A DNA stretch of 64,000 nt from Bdellovibrionota bacterium (GTDB lineage Bacteria; Bdellovibrionota_G; JALEGL01; DATDPG01): assembly GCA_963668355.1 (NCBI GenBank), contig OY764265.1:1153317-1217316 (forward strand). Direction: 5' to 3'. A program made the translations under genes and the position numbers. Shown piece after piece: positions 52,584-60,776 of the stretch; positions within the stretch are counted from its first letter, which is position 1, and the number at the start of each line of letters is the position of its first letter. The notes beneath the pieces were generated by a model. It ran no database searches. It had not been told where the DNA came from and saw only the letters and a program-made list of their open reading frames with translations.

Positions 52584-53087
52584 CTATTGAGAGCGGGTTG
52601 AAAAGGTAATCGTGCGGCAGGGAGCCGTGTTTTTCGAAGAGGCTCTCGTTAGAATGCGGCCCGAAAGACTTCCATCTTCATTGAGGCGAATCCATAAATC
52701 CTGGCAGACGGTTGAGCCCTTGTTGATGTGGCAAGGGATTTGTTGCCATTGGTTTGGTGTTAGTGTGGTTTCCAGAACGCTTGGTTCCAGGAGGGCCTCT
52801 CCAAGGAGTTTTCCGCCGTTGTCATGGGTGCGAACTGTCAGGTGAAGGCCATTATCCAGATCAGCAAGGATAAACTCCAGCAAACCCTCGTGGTGCACAA
52901 CCTGTCCCCCCGCTTTCCAATCGTCTCCTGGGGCGTATAGCTGCGTGGTTTCGCACCTTCCTGCGATGCCGTGTTGCATGCCCTCAAGGCTAAGGAGGGC
53001 TTCTTCGATGGTTAGATCTTCAGCAATAGCGAGCCTTGGGATTAAAAGTCCTATGCTTACCACCACACCCAGAAAGAATTTGTTCAT
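52584..53087 (-). CDS. Small exported hypothetical protein
   Basis: 167 aa with signal peptide FLGVVVSIGLLIPRLAIA; upstream of the SSF transporter on the same strand. Confidence 0.45.
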   Translation of the reverse strand: MNKFFLGVVVSIGLLIPRLAIAEDLTIEEALLSLEGMQHGIAGRCETTQLYAPGDDWKAGGQVVHHEGLLEFILADLDNGLHLTVRTHDNGGKLLGEALLEPSVLETTLTPNQWQQIPCHINKGSTVCQDLWIRLNEDGSLSGRILTRASSKNTAPCRTITFSTRSQ

Positions 53088-53375
53088 TGCCCTGTCCTTT
53101 AAAAATTAATGCTTCGCGTCAGGCTGGACTTTATACCTCATCTGGAGCCTCGAAAGAAAGGTTCAAGGGGAGATTTTTTGAAAAAAATTTTGGGCCACCG
53201 TGTAGAAATTTCGAAAAATTCGTAAACTTTAGTTGTCGTTTAAGATATTAAAATAAAAAGATAAATTTGGTTATTGCTTTAAAAACGTGTTTTTTGTTAC
53301 ACTAAAGCTGCACCCCCGAAGGTTGCTCCAGGAGGCGGGACCCAGATTTTCTGGGTTTGGAGTGTCATCGGGTTT

Positions 53376-53412
53376 GGGGTGGGCTCCCTCCCGGGCCCAC
53401 CCCCTTTTTTTT
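53376..53412 (+). terminator. Strong Rho-independent terminator on the plus strand with no plus-strand CDS upstream
   Basis: GC stem GGGGTGGGC(TC) / (GG)GCCCACCCC with short loop followed by T8 (53405-53412). Confidence 0.55.
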
Positions 53413-53613
53413 GCTCACAGCAAAAAACTTGGGAACGGCTAATTCGCCGCATATCTTCGTTAGAGCCCTTCGCTCGGTCCTCACGTACCGCGCAAGTACG
53501 CTGCGGTCGTTTTTCGTTTTCCGCCTTGATCTGCACCAAAATAGCTCGTTTCGTAGTTGTTCAAAGAAGACGCGTGAGCGTTTCTCCCGGGTTTTTCCTC
53601 CGAAAAAAGTTTT

Positions 53614-55050
53614 CTAAAAACGTAAGCTTGTTGTCAAAAAGATTTCGTGGAGTTGGATTTTTGCGTCTAGGTCGTTGGTTTCGGTTTCTTGGCGAAACGC
53701 ATACTGAAGGGCGCAAGAGAGGTTTCGGATCGGGTAGTAAAACGCATGGGCTCGGAGCGACCACTCTTTCTCCGTGGTTCGAGGTGCGGATGTAGGAGAA
53801 AGGTCTTGCCAGGCGTCACGCTCATTGCCTTCGAGGGTTCCTCCCATCTCCAGGCGAAACTCCCCATCTCGGAAATTTCTTCCCATCAAAAGATCTATGC
53901 CCGTGTTGAATCCACGATAATTGTCGATGAGGTCCGCTTGAATTCGTAGATCAAAATCGGAATCAAAGAGTTGGGGGTCACGATAGCCTACGGTGTATTT
54001 GATTTGGTTTTGGTCATCAAAGGTGCGTTTCATGTATTGGATGGCGCCAAAGACATAATTGCGATCAAAAATCCGAAACATGATCTGATCTCGAACACCA
54101 TAGTAGTACGCGTCAGTGACTTGAGCCCCTCCCAATAACGTGGAGTTAAAGAGGGGATCGCTGGAAGGAAGAATGGTCGAGAGATTTGAGGCATCAAACT
54201 GAAGAACGCGCCACAAGTTGAGGGAAAGCGTGTTGGTGAAGCTGGGTTGAGGTCGGGTAATCACCGATAATTGACCCAGTCGAAAGGCTGCGACTCCAGC
54301 AACATCTGCTTCCACCAAGCCAGAAAGACTCCATCGCGCATTGAAGTCGTAGGTACCTTGAGCAAATGCGGTCATGCGATCCAAACTCTTCTTGAACCAT
54401 TGGGCGTGAAGCGCGACATCTCCTCGAAAAGCGTTTCCTCGATACGAAGCATACACACCTGAAGTGAGGTAATCCAAAGAGAAGGGCTCACTCCGATACG
54501 CGCTTCCCAAGTAGCCAACTTGATTTCTCAAGTCATTGGCGAATCCGCCGAATAAACCAAGGCTCACACGATTGGAAGAGTGATAGACCAAACGAAGGCC
54601 ATCTACGCGAGCCCCTCCGGCTTCATACATGCGTTGGCGTCCCACCCATAAATCCAGTGATTTTGCGATGGAGGGAAGCTCCAAGCTGGCTTCGTAAAGT
54701 TGGTGCCGCCCCGCATTCGAAAATGAAAAGGTGGAATTTTTTTCTCCAATATTGAAATAGCTTCGTCCTTTGAAATGAAAAGTGCCGTCCTGTGAAGCAT
54801 TTTCACCAAAGAGTTTGGAAATTTTGGTTCGAAGGCCCAGCGAGAAAAGGCTGTACTGATCTTGAATATAATTGTTTCCGTAAAGATCGTCGGCCTGGAA
54901 GTTGGCTTGGCTCGAGACATTGTTTCGTAGATGCCAAAAACCCATATCCACATTGCCTTTGAATTCGGCCGCGTGAAGAGGAGCATGCGCGGCAAAAAGG
55001 AGCGCCCCTCCCAACAGGCCCAGAGCTCGAAGGGTTCCCCGTTTCTTCAT
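53614..55050 (-). CDS. Outer-membrane beta-barrel protein (porin-like), third gene of cytochrome operon
   Basis: Signal peptide LRALGLLGGALLFAAHAPLHA; alternating amphipathic beta-strand pattern; C-terminal ...TSLRF aromatic terminus; ATGA start/stop overlap with the cytochrome gene. Confidence 0.7.
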   Translation of the reverse strand: MKKRGTLRALGLLGGALLFAAHAPLHAAEFKGNVDMGFWHLRNNVSSQANFQADDLYGNNYIQDQYSLFSLGLRTKISKLFGENASQDGTFHFKGRSYFNIGEKNSTFSFSNAGRHQLYEASLELPSIAKSLDLWVGRQRMYEAGGARVDGLRLVYHSSNRVSLGLFGGFANDLRNQVGYLGSAYRSEPFSLDYLTSGVYASYRGNAFRGDVALHAQWFKKSLDRMTAFAQGTYDFNARWSLSGLVEADVAGVAAFRLGQLSVITRPQPSFTNTLSLNLWRVLQFDASNLSTILPSSDPLFNSTLLGGAQVTDAYYYGVRDQIMFRIFDRNYVFGAIQYMKRTFDDQNQIKYTVGYRDPQLFDSDFDLRIQADLIDNYRGFNTGIDLLMGRNFRDGEFRLEMGGTLEGNERDAWQDLSPTSAPRTTEKEWSLRAHAFYYPIRNLSCALQYAFRQETETNDLDAKIQLHEIFLTTSLRF

Positions 55051-57128
55051 GGTTTTGCCGGCCTCCATCCAAATGTGAAGTGGCAGGTTTCACAGGTGAT
55101 GGGTGCGCCCACATGACCGGTGATCGTGGCATCGAAGTCCTTGGCATGACAGAAGTGACAATCTTGCGGTAAGCCGCCAAAAATTCGATTGGCATGACAT
55201 TGGTTGCAATCCAAGAAGCGGTGGGCTCCCGAGAGGTCAAAGCCCGTTTGGGAGTGTCGGAAGGTGGTGGGGAGCCAAGCTTGTTGGTTGTGACATTGCC
55301 AACACGTTCGCCCAAAGGAATTCATATGGGGGTCGAGATGGCAAGCCGCGCAGTCCGTTCGGGAGGTGCGAACGTTTTCCGTGGCATTGTGGCAGGCCGT
55401 GCAATCCATTTGATCATGAACTCCACCCAACGAAAATTCGCCAAAATCATGAAAGCCTCCTTTTCGAACGGAGAAGCCTTCAAAGACATGACAACGCTCA
55501 CAATTGGTTCCAAACGTTCCATCATGAACATCCCGGTGACAAGACGAGCATTCGCTGGATTCAAACTTGTATTGATAATCTTTATGGCATTGATTGCAGG
55601 CCAGCTTTCGATGTTGTCCTCTTAAGTTAAACCTGGAACCTCGCTCATGATCGAATTCGATGTCGTTGAAGGCAATGGGCGCATGGCATCGCATGCATTC
55701 AATTCCAAGTTCTCCCTTGTGGAAGTCCGTGTGGCAATTTTGGCAAAGGGTGTCGATGCCGGCATAGCGGCCATTCGAGTGACAATCCGCACAGGGTACG
55801 TTTTGGTGTTTTCCAACCAACGGAAAACGGGATTGCCGATTGTGGTCGAAGGTCAGGTTTTTAAATGCAGAGAACGTATGACAGGATGCACAGGTTTTCT
55901 TTCCAAATTGTCCTTTATGTACATCGATGTGACAGTAGGAGCAGTCCGGATTTTGATTAAGCCAGCGATACTTGGCGTCTGCATGACATTGGCCACAGGG
56001 AACGACCTTATGTTTTCCTTCGAGTTTGAACCGCGCATCTTTTTCATGGTTGAACTTCAAGAACTTCCAGCCGTCTTCAATATGGCAGCTCTTGCAAGTT
56101 TTCTTTTCGGTCCAGAGAATTTCGAATTGATTTCCATGGGGGTTATTGTGACAGCCGCTGCATTGAGAAAAGTTTTTCATTTTTCCAATGACAGGGCCGT
56201 GACACCTCACGCACGTCACATAGTTATGTTCGCCTCGTAAAGGAAAGGCAGTTTTACTGTGGTCAAACTCACCCTTTCCTTTAGGGGTGATCGCTCGCCA
56301 AGAACGCGTGTGATGACATTTCTTGCAATCTTTTCCCAGCTTTCCCTTGTGGGGATCTACGTGGCAATTGCTACATCGTTTGAACGGGGTGGGTTTCCAG
56401 AGTTTGTTTTTGTGACACGCGTAACAATCGACCGGTTTATGTTTCCCGGTGAGAGGATATTTCGTGTCTCTATCGTGATCAAACGGGAGCCGGGCTAAAA
56501 TGGGGGACCATTTCGAAGTGTTGTGACATTTTTCACATAAGGTGAACGATTGGGTTTTGGACTTATGAATGTCCTCGTGACAAGACGCACATTTAGAGGG
56601 GGTGTTGATGTAAGTTCGTGTGTTGGTTTTACGGCCGGTTTTTACATGGCGGCGTTTGGCTTTGTGGCAGTCCTCACATTGCGCAGTGACGTGTGCACCA
56701 TCCAACGGCCAGTCGGTTTCGTCGTGATGAAAGGAAAGGCGCGTTAAACCCATCAAATCATAATCCAAGCCTTTGTGATCACTGTGGCATTCGATGCAGG
56801 TTCCTTCAACACGCGCATGGTATCCCTTGTCCTTGGAAACCAGAGAGGCGATTTCGGTATGGCAGTCGAGGCATTTTTGGTCAGGGACACCTTTTGCGGT
56901 GGCGTGGCAATCGGTACACTTGCTCAAGCCTTCCAGCTCTTGGTGGGCTTTGGCCAAAGGACCGGGATTTAGAAGCCCTCCGAAGTCAAGCTGGGCCCTT
57001 GCCGGTGACGCTGTCGCCAGAAATCCAAAAATGGCCGCAATGATTATGTGTCCCCGAAATCTCAAAAACATCCCCAAGTGAACTAAAACGATACCCGGAA
57101 TCGTCCAATTGGCGAAATTTTCAATCAC
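55047..57128 (-). CDS. Multiheme cytochrome c with 27 CxxCH motifs (about nine triheme c7-like repeats)
   Basis: 27 CxxCH motifs counted in the translation; signal peptide MFLRFRGHIIIAAIFGFLATASPARA (alternative start near 57071); recurrent FDH / GxH distal-His spacing. Confidence 0.9.
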   Translation of the reverse strand: MIENFANWTIPGIVLVHLGMFLRFRGHIIIAAIFGFLATASPARAQLDFGGLLNPGPLAKAHQELEGLSKCTDCHATAKGVPDQKCLDCHTEIASLVSKDKGYHARVEGTCIECHSDHKGLDYDLMGLTRLSFHHDETDWPLDGAHVTAQCEDCHKAKRRHVKTGRKTNTRTYINTPSKCASCHEDIHKSKTQSFTLCEKCHNTSKWSPILARLPFDHDRDTKYPLTGKHKPVDCYACHKNKLWKPTPFKRCSNCHVDPHKGKLGKDCKKCHHTRSWRAITPKGKGEFDHSKTAFPLRGEHNYVTCVRCHGPVIGKMKNFSQCSGCHNNPHGNQFEILWTEKKTCKSCHIEDGWKFLKFNHEKDARFKLEGKHKVVPCGQCHADAKYRWLNQNPDCSYCHIDVHKGQFGKKTCASCHTFSAFKNLTFDHNRQSRFPLVGKHQNVPCADCHSNGRYAGIDTLCQNCHTDFHKGELGIECMRCHAPIAFNDIEFDHERGSRFNLRGQHRKLACNQCHKDYQYKFESSECSSCHRDVHDGTFGTNCERCHVFEGFSVRKGGFHDFGEFSLGGVHDQMDCTACHNATENVRTSRTDCAACHLDPHMNSFGRTCWQCHNQQAWLPTTFRHSQTGFDLSGAHRFLDCNQCHANRIFGGLPQDCHFCHAKDFDATITGHVGAPITCETCHFTFGWRPAKP

Positions 57129-57156
57129 AAAAGAAGAAAAGAAATCTTTAGTGAAA

Positions 57157-59127
57157 TCACCAGTTTGTGAAAAGAATGAGGTTCTTCAAAATGTGACCGA
57201 CGGCGATCATCATCATGATCCAAGCGAAGGGTCGATGAACCGTTCGCCAAAGGGCAAAAAGTCTGGACGTTACATTTAATAGAGCCGCGTTTCGTTGCAG
57301 GCGGATTTGGCTTTTCAGCAAATCCAGGAAGACGTGAACTTGGCGACCTTGAATTTTGATTTCTGAAGGAAGGCGAAGTCGGTAGGTCCACAGCATGACC
57401 CATGTACGGATGACCGAACGAATCAAAGACCAAAAGGTTGGATTCAGGCGCGCATCTTCGGTGGCCGTTTGAACAATCTTTTTCACAAAAGCCTTTTGCG
57501 CATCGGACTGACCCAAAAGGGCGCCTAATTTTTGCGTCAGAGCTTCATCTTCTTCTTCAATGTCCCGCATGCGCAGTTCAGTCCCTGCAACCCCACGCGG
57601 TATGATTTGATAGAGGAACCGTCCGAACAGTCCACTTAAAACCACCAGTCCCAAGGCCACGATCCCGAAAGAACTGGGCTGGAAGGGAAAGACAAAAGCC
57701 GTGTGAAAGAGGATCAAAACCGATCCAAAAAATCCGCAGAAATTGTGAAAATCCAACCAGGCGGGTTCTCGGCCCAAATACTTAAAGAGGCGTGGAAACT
57801 GTTTCCGCAAGGGGTAGGCTAAGCTTCCCATGATCAGAAGAAAGCCCAAGTTTCCATAGAAGTTACAAAGTTTGGAGCCTCGAGAAAATTCCAAAACCGC
57901 ATCTGAGGGGAGCCAGCCCCAGGCCTTCATGAGAAGAAGCAACGAGACGTCCGGGGATTTGGTGAGGGCAAAGGCTTCCCACGCCAGAAAGAGCGTTCCC
58001 ACAAAGGCTAAGAAAACATATGTTTTTTGCAGAGCCAAATCGAACCAATTCCTCTGCAAAAGACTGTCCATGGGTTTCTGAACGCCTTTCCCGGCTCCCA
58101 GAATTCGGGGATCTTCCAGAAGTTCCGAAGCTTCTACCTCCAGAATCGCACCCGTGGGGCAATTGGCGACGCAGGCAAGATCATCAAACCCATCACAGTG
58201 ATTGCATTTGTCCGCGATGAACTTGGGTTTGACCTTTTTATGGGGATCGAGGAAACGAGAAAACACAGGAAGTGTGGGCTCAACCTTGTGCATGAGGATG
58301 GCTCCATACTGACAAGCCGTGGCACAGGCCGAGCAGCCGATGCAATTGTCCAAAATTTCCACCTCACCCGTTTGTCGGTTGAACACCACAGAATCCACAG
58401 GGCAAGAGGGGATGCACGCGGGGTAGAAGCAAGTCAGGCAGCTTTTGGCAAAGTCCAGAACGCCAAACCGGGCATACCCCCGTTCAATTCGTTGAAACCC
58501 GTGCCGTTCTTCACAGGAGGTGTAGCAAATATTGCATTCGATGCATTTGTCCATTTGGGTGATTTTCACGCGAGAGCCTTGCGTGAGTTCGGTTTGGATC
58601 AAGAATTCAAGCGCGGACCGAGAATGTTTATCCTCACTGAACGTCCGGTTTCGATAGTCGACGCGATCGGCAAGTTTTTTTAAGTCATCCTTAAAGCCGG
58701 GTTGAATCTCGGCCAAGCGCTGAAGGTCTTGTCGGGAAACGACCAAGAGTTCTACCGCCGTGATGGCAGTGGCCTTCGTGGCCACTTGTCCCCGCCAGGA
58801 GAACGCCTTATCTACAAAAAAATCGCCTTTTCGGAGAAAATTGAGCGGTTTTTGACGTGCCTCCTCGTCAAATCCTGAGATTTGCAGTTGTCCTTGCAGA
58901 AGGAAAAAGAAGTATGAGAAAACAGCCTCTCGTTTGGGAAGTTCCAGAACGGTCTCTCGGGCGGGATAGCTGCATCGATACACGCGGCCATCCAGGTGGC
59001 GCAATGAAGCCCCTGGGACTTTGCGAAACAAGCGCAAGCGTTTCAAGTCCTCTGAGGTGGCCAGAGGAAAAGAAAGGGGCTTGGATGCCTGTTGCGAAGT
59101 TGGTTTTAAGGGCATACGTTTTCCCAT
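57157..59127 (-). CDS. Membrane-bound iron-sulfur protein: cNMP-binding-like N-terminus, two 2x[4Fe-4S] ferredoxin domains, C-terminal polytopic membrane domain
   Basis: Cys clusters CIECNICYTSC, CLTCFYPACIPSCP, CIGCSACATAC, CNHCDGFDDLACVANCP; N-terminal Crp-like beta-roll pattern; four to five hydrophobic helices at C-terminus. Confidence 0.8.
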   Translation of the reverse strand: MGKRMPLKPTSQQASKPLSFPLATSEDLKRLRLFRKVPGASLRHLDGRVYRCSYPARETVLELPKREAVFSYFFFLLQGQLQISGFDEEARQKPLNFLRKGDFFVDKAFSWRGQVATKATAITAVELLVVSRQDLQRLAEIQPGFKDDLKKLADRVDYRNRTFSEDKHSRSALEFLIQTELTQGSRVKITQMDKCIECNICYTSCEERHGFQRIERGYARFGVLDFAKSCLTCFYPACIPSCPVDSVVFNRQTGEVEILDNCIGCSACATACQYGAILMHKVEPTLPVFSRFLDPHKKVKPKFIADKCNHCDGFDDLACVANCPTGAILEVEASELLEDPRILGAGKGVQKPMDSLLQRNWFDLALQKTYVFLAFVGTLFLAWEAFALTKSPDVSLLLLMKAWGWLPSDAVLEFSRGSKLCNFYGNLGFLLIMGSLAYPLRKQFPRLFKYLGREPAWLDFHNFCGFFGSVLILFHTAFVFPFQPSSFGIVALGLVVLSGLFGRFLYQIIPRGVAGTELRMRDIEEEDEALTQKLGALLGQSDAQKAFVKKIVQTATEDARLNPTFWSLIRSVIRTWVMLWTYRLRLPSEIKIQGRQVHVFLDLLKSQIRLQRNAALLNVTSRLFALWRTVHRPFAWIMMMIAVGHILKNLILFTNW

Positions 59128-59243
59128 TATAGGGAATGCTTGAGAAACTTGACAGAGGATTGATCCGATTTCATCTTTGATTTCAGCATGATTGGCGATG
59201 AGCCAAAAAGGAATGGAACGAAAGGGTTAAAGCAGGTGAGAAA

Positions 59244-59966
59244 ATGATCGAAGTAAATCAGCTAACCAAAAAGTATGGAGAAATTCATGCCGTAGATGGC
59301 GTCTCGTTCAAAGTTGATGACGGAGAAATTCTTGGTTTTTTAGGACCAAACGGAGCTGGCAAGACCACCACCATGCGCATTTTAACGGGGTTCATTCCTC
59401 CCTCATCGGGAACGGCGGTTGTGGCGGGCCACGACATCCAAGTCGAACCCCTGGAGGTCAAAAAACGAATCGGCTATTTGCCGGAAACCCCTCCGCTTTA
59501 CACCGACTTAAGCGTGTCGGCCTATTTGAATTTTGTGGCCAAAATCAAACAGATTCCTTCCGAAAAGAGAGCTGAGCGCTTGGACTGGGTATTGGAACAA
59601 TGTGGGTTGAAAGATGTGCACAAGCGCGTCATCCAAAATCTTTCGAAAGGATATCGCCAGCGCGTGGGTTTGGCACAAGCCATCATTCATGAACCAGAGG
59701 TCTTGATTTTGGATGAGCCGACGGTCGGGTTGGATCCGGCTCAAATCCGGGAAATTCGAGAGCTGATCAGAAAGTTGTCGGAAAACCACACCATTATTTT
59801 ATCCACACATATTCTTCCAGAAGTGACGCTGATCTGTAATCGGGCTGTGATCATCAATCGCGGAAAAATTGTGTTGGAAGGCACCGTATCTGAGCTTACG
59901 GCGGAGAAAAATTTGGAAGAGGTTTTCGTCGACCTGGTTTCAAAAGGCGAAACAACCGAAGCTTAG
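59244..59966 (+). CDS. ABC transporter ATP-binding protein (ABC-2 / GldA-like)
   Basis: Walker A GPNGAGKTT, signature LSKGYRQRVGLA, Walker B ILDEPT. Confidence 0.9.
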   Translation: MIEVNQLTKKYGEIHAVDGVSFKVDDGEILGFLGPNGAGKTTTMRILTGFIPPSSGTAVVAGHDIQVEPLEVKKRIGYLPETPPLYTDLSVSAYLNFVAKIKQIPSEKRAERLDWVLEQCGLKDVHKRVIQNLSKGYRQRVGLAQAIIHEPEVLILDEPTVGLDPAQIREIRELIRKLSENHTIILSTHILPEVTLICNRAVIINRGKIVLEGTVSELTAEKNLEEVFVDLVSKGETTEA

Positions 59967-59983
59967 GCTAGAAGGAGAAGGAC

Positions 59984-60769
59984 ATGTCAACGACTTGGGC
60001 CATCATTCAGAAAGAAATTAAACATTATTTCGTATCTCCCATCGCCTACGTGGTGATGATGATTTATCTCACGCTGTCGGGGTATTTCTTTTTCGTGGGG
60101 CTGAATCGATTCAGTCATGTGTATAGCGAGGCCAAAAATTCCATGCGGTTTTATCAAAATCCGCAGATCCTGGAACACATCAACCTGAATGAGATTGTGA
60201 TTGCACCGGCCTTGTTCAATATGATTTTTGTGTTTCTCTTCCTGTTGCCCTTGATCATGATGCGATCCTTTGCCGAAGAGAAAAGGGCTCGTACAGATGA
60301 ACTTTTAATGACATCCCCCATCACGACGGGACAACTCGTCATGGGTAAATTCATCGGCTCCATACTTTTCATTCTGGTTTTGATTCTGCCCACGCTGATC
60401 TATCAAGGATTTCTTTTTTATTATGCTTCCCCCGAGTGGGGGCCCGTGTTTACGGGGTATGTCGGCGTAATTTTATTTGCGATGGCAGGTGTTTCCATCG
60501 GTCTGTTTGCCTCCTCGTTGACTGAAAATCAAATCATCGCAGCGGTCATTACCTTCGTGATTTTGCTATTCATGTTCATCATCAATTTTATTGGGCAAGC
60601 CGAGGGGACCTTTTTGTACGACATTGTTCGGTACCTTGCAGTAGCCGAGCATATTCAAAACTTACTCATGGGTGTGATCGACACAAAAGATCTAGCGTAT
60701 TTTTTAAGCATCATTCTTTTGTTTTTGTTCATGACCAAACGATCTGTGGAATCGTTCCGTTGGAGATAG
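59984..60769 (+). CDS. ABC-2 family permease (GldF-like)
   Basis: 261-aa six-TM protein directly downstream of the ATPase. Confidence 0.8.
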   Translation: MSTTWAIIQKEIKHYFVSPIAYVVMMIYLTLSGYFFFVGLNRFSHVYSEAKNSMRFYQNPQILEHINLNEIVIAPALFNMIFVFLFLLPLIMMRSFAEEKRARTDELLMTSPITTGQLVMGKFIGSILFILVLILPTLIYQGFLFYYASPEWGPVFTGYVGVILFAMAGVSIGLFASSLTENQIIAAVITFVILLFMFIINFIGQAEGTFLYDIVRYLAVAEHIQNLLMGVIDTKDLAYFLSIILLFLFMTKRSVESFRWR

Positions 60770-60776
60770 GAGGACG

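Noticed and set aside
53297-53795. Short ORFs (80-138 aa) in the 53.1-53.6 kb intergenic region
   Set aside because: Pro/Gly/Arg-rich low-complexity translations spanning the terminator hairpin; more likely non-coding DNA or an sRNA than protein-coding
55647-56240. 197-aa plus-strand ORF and neighbouring short ORFs inside the cytochrome gene
   Set aside because: Antisense to the 27-heme cytochrome ORF, whose CxxCH periodicity is strong coding evidence for the minus strand
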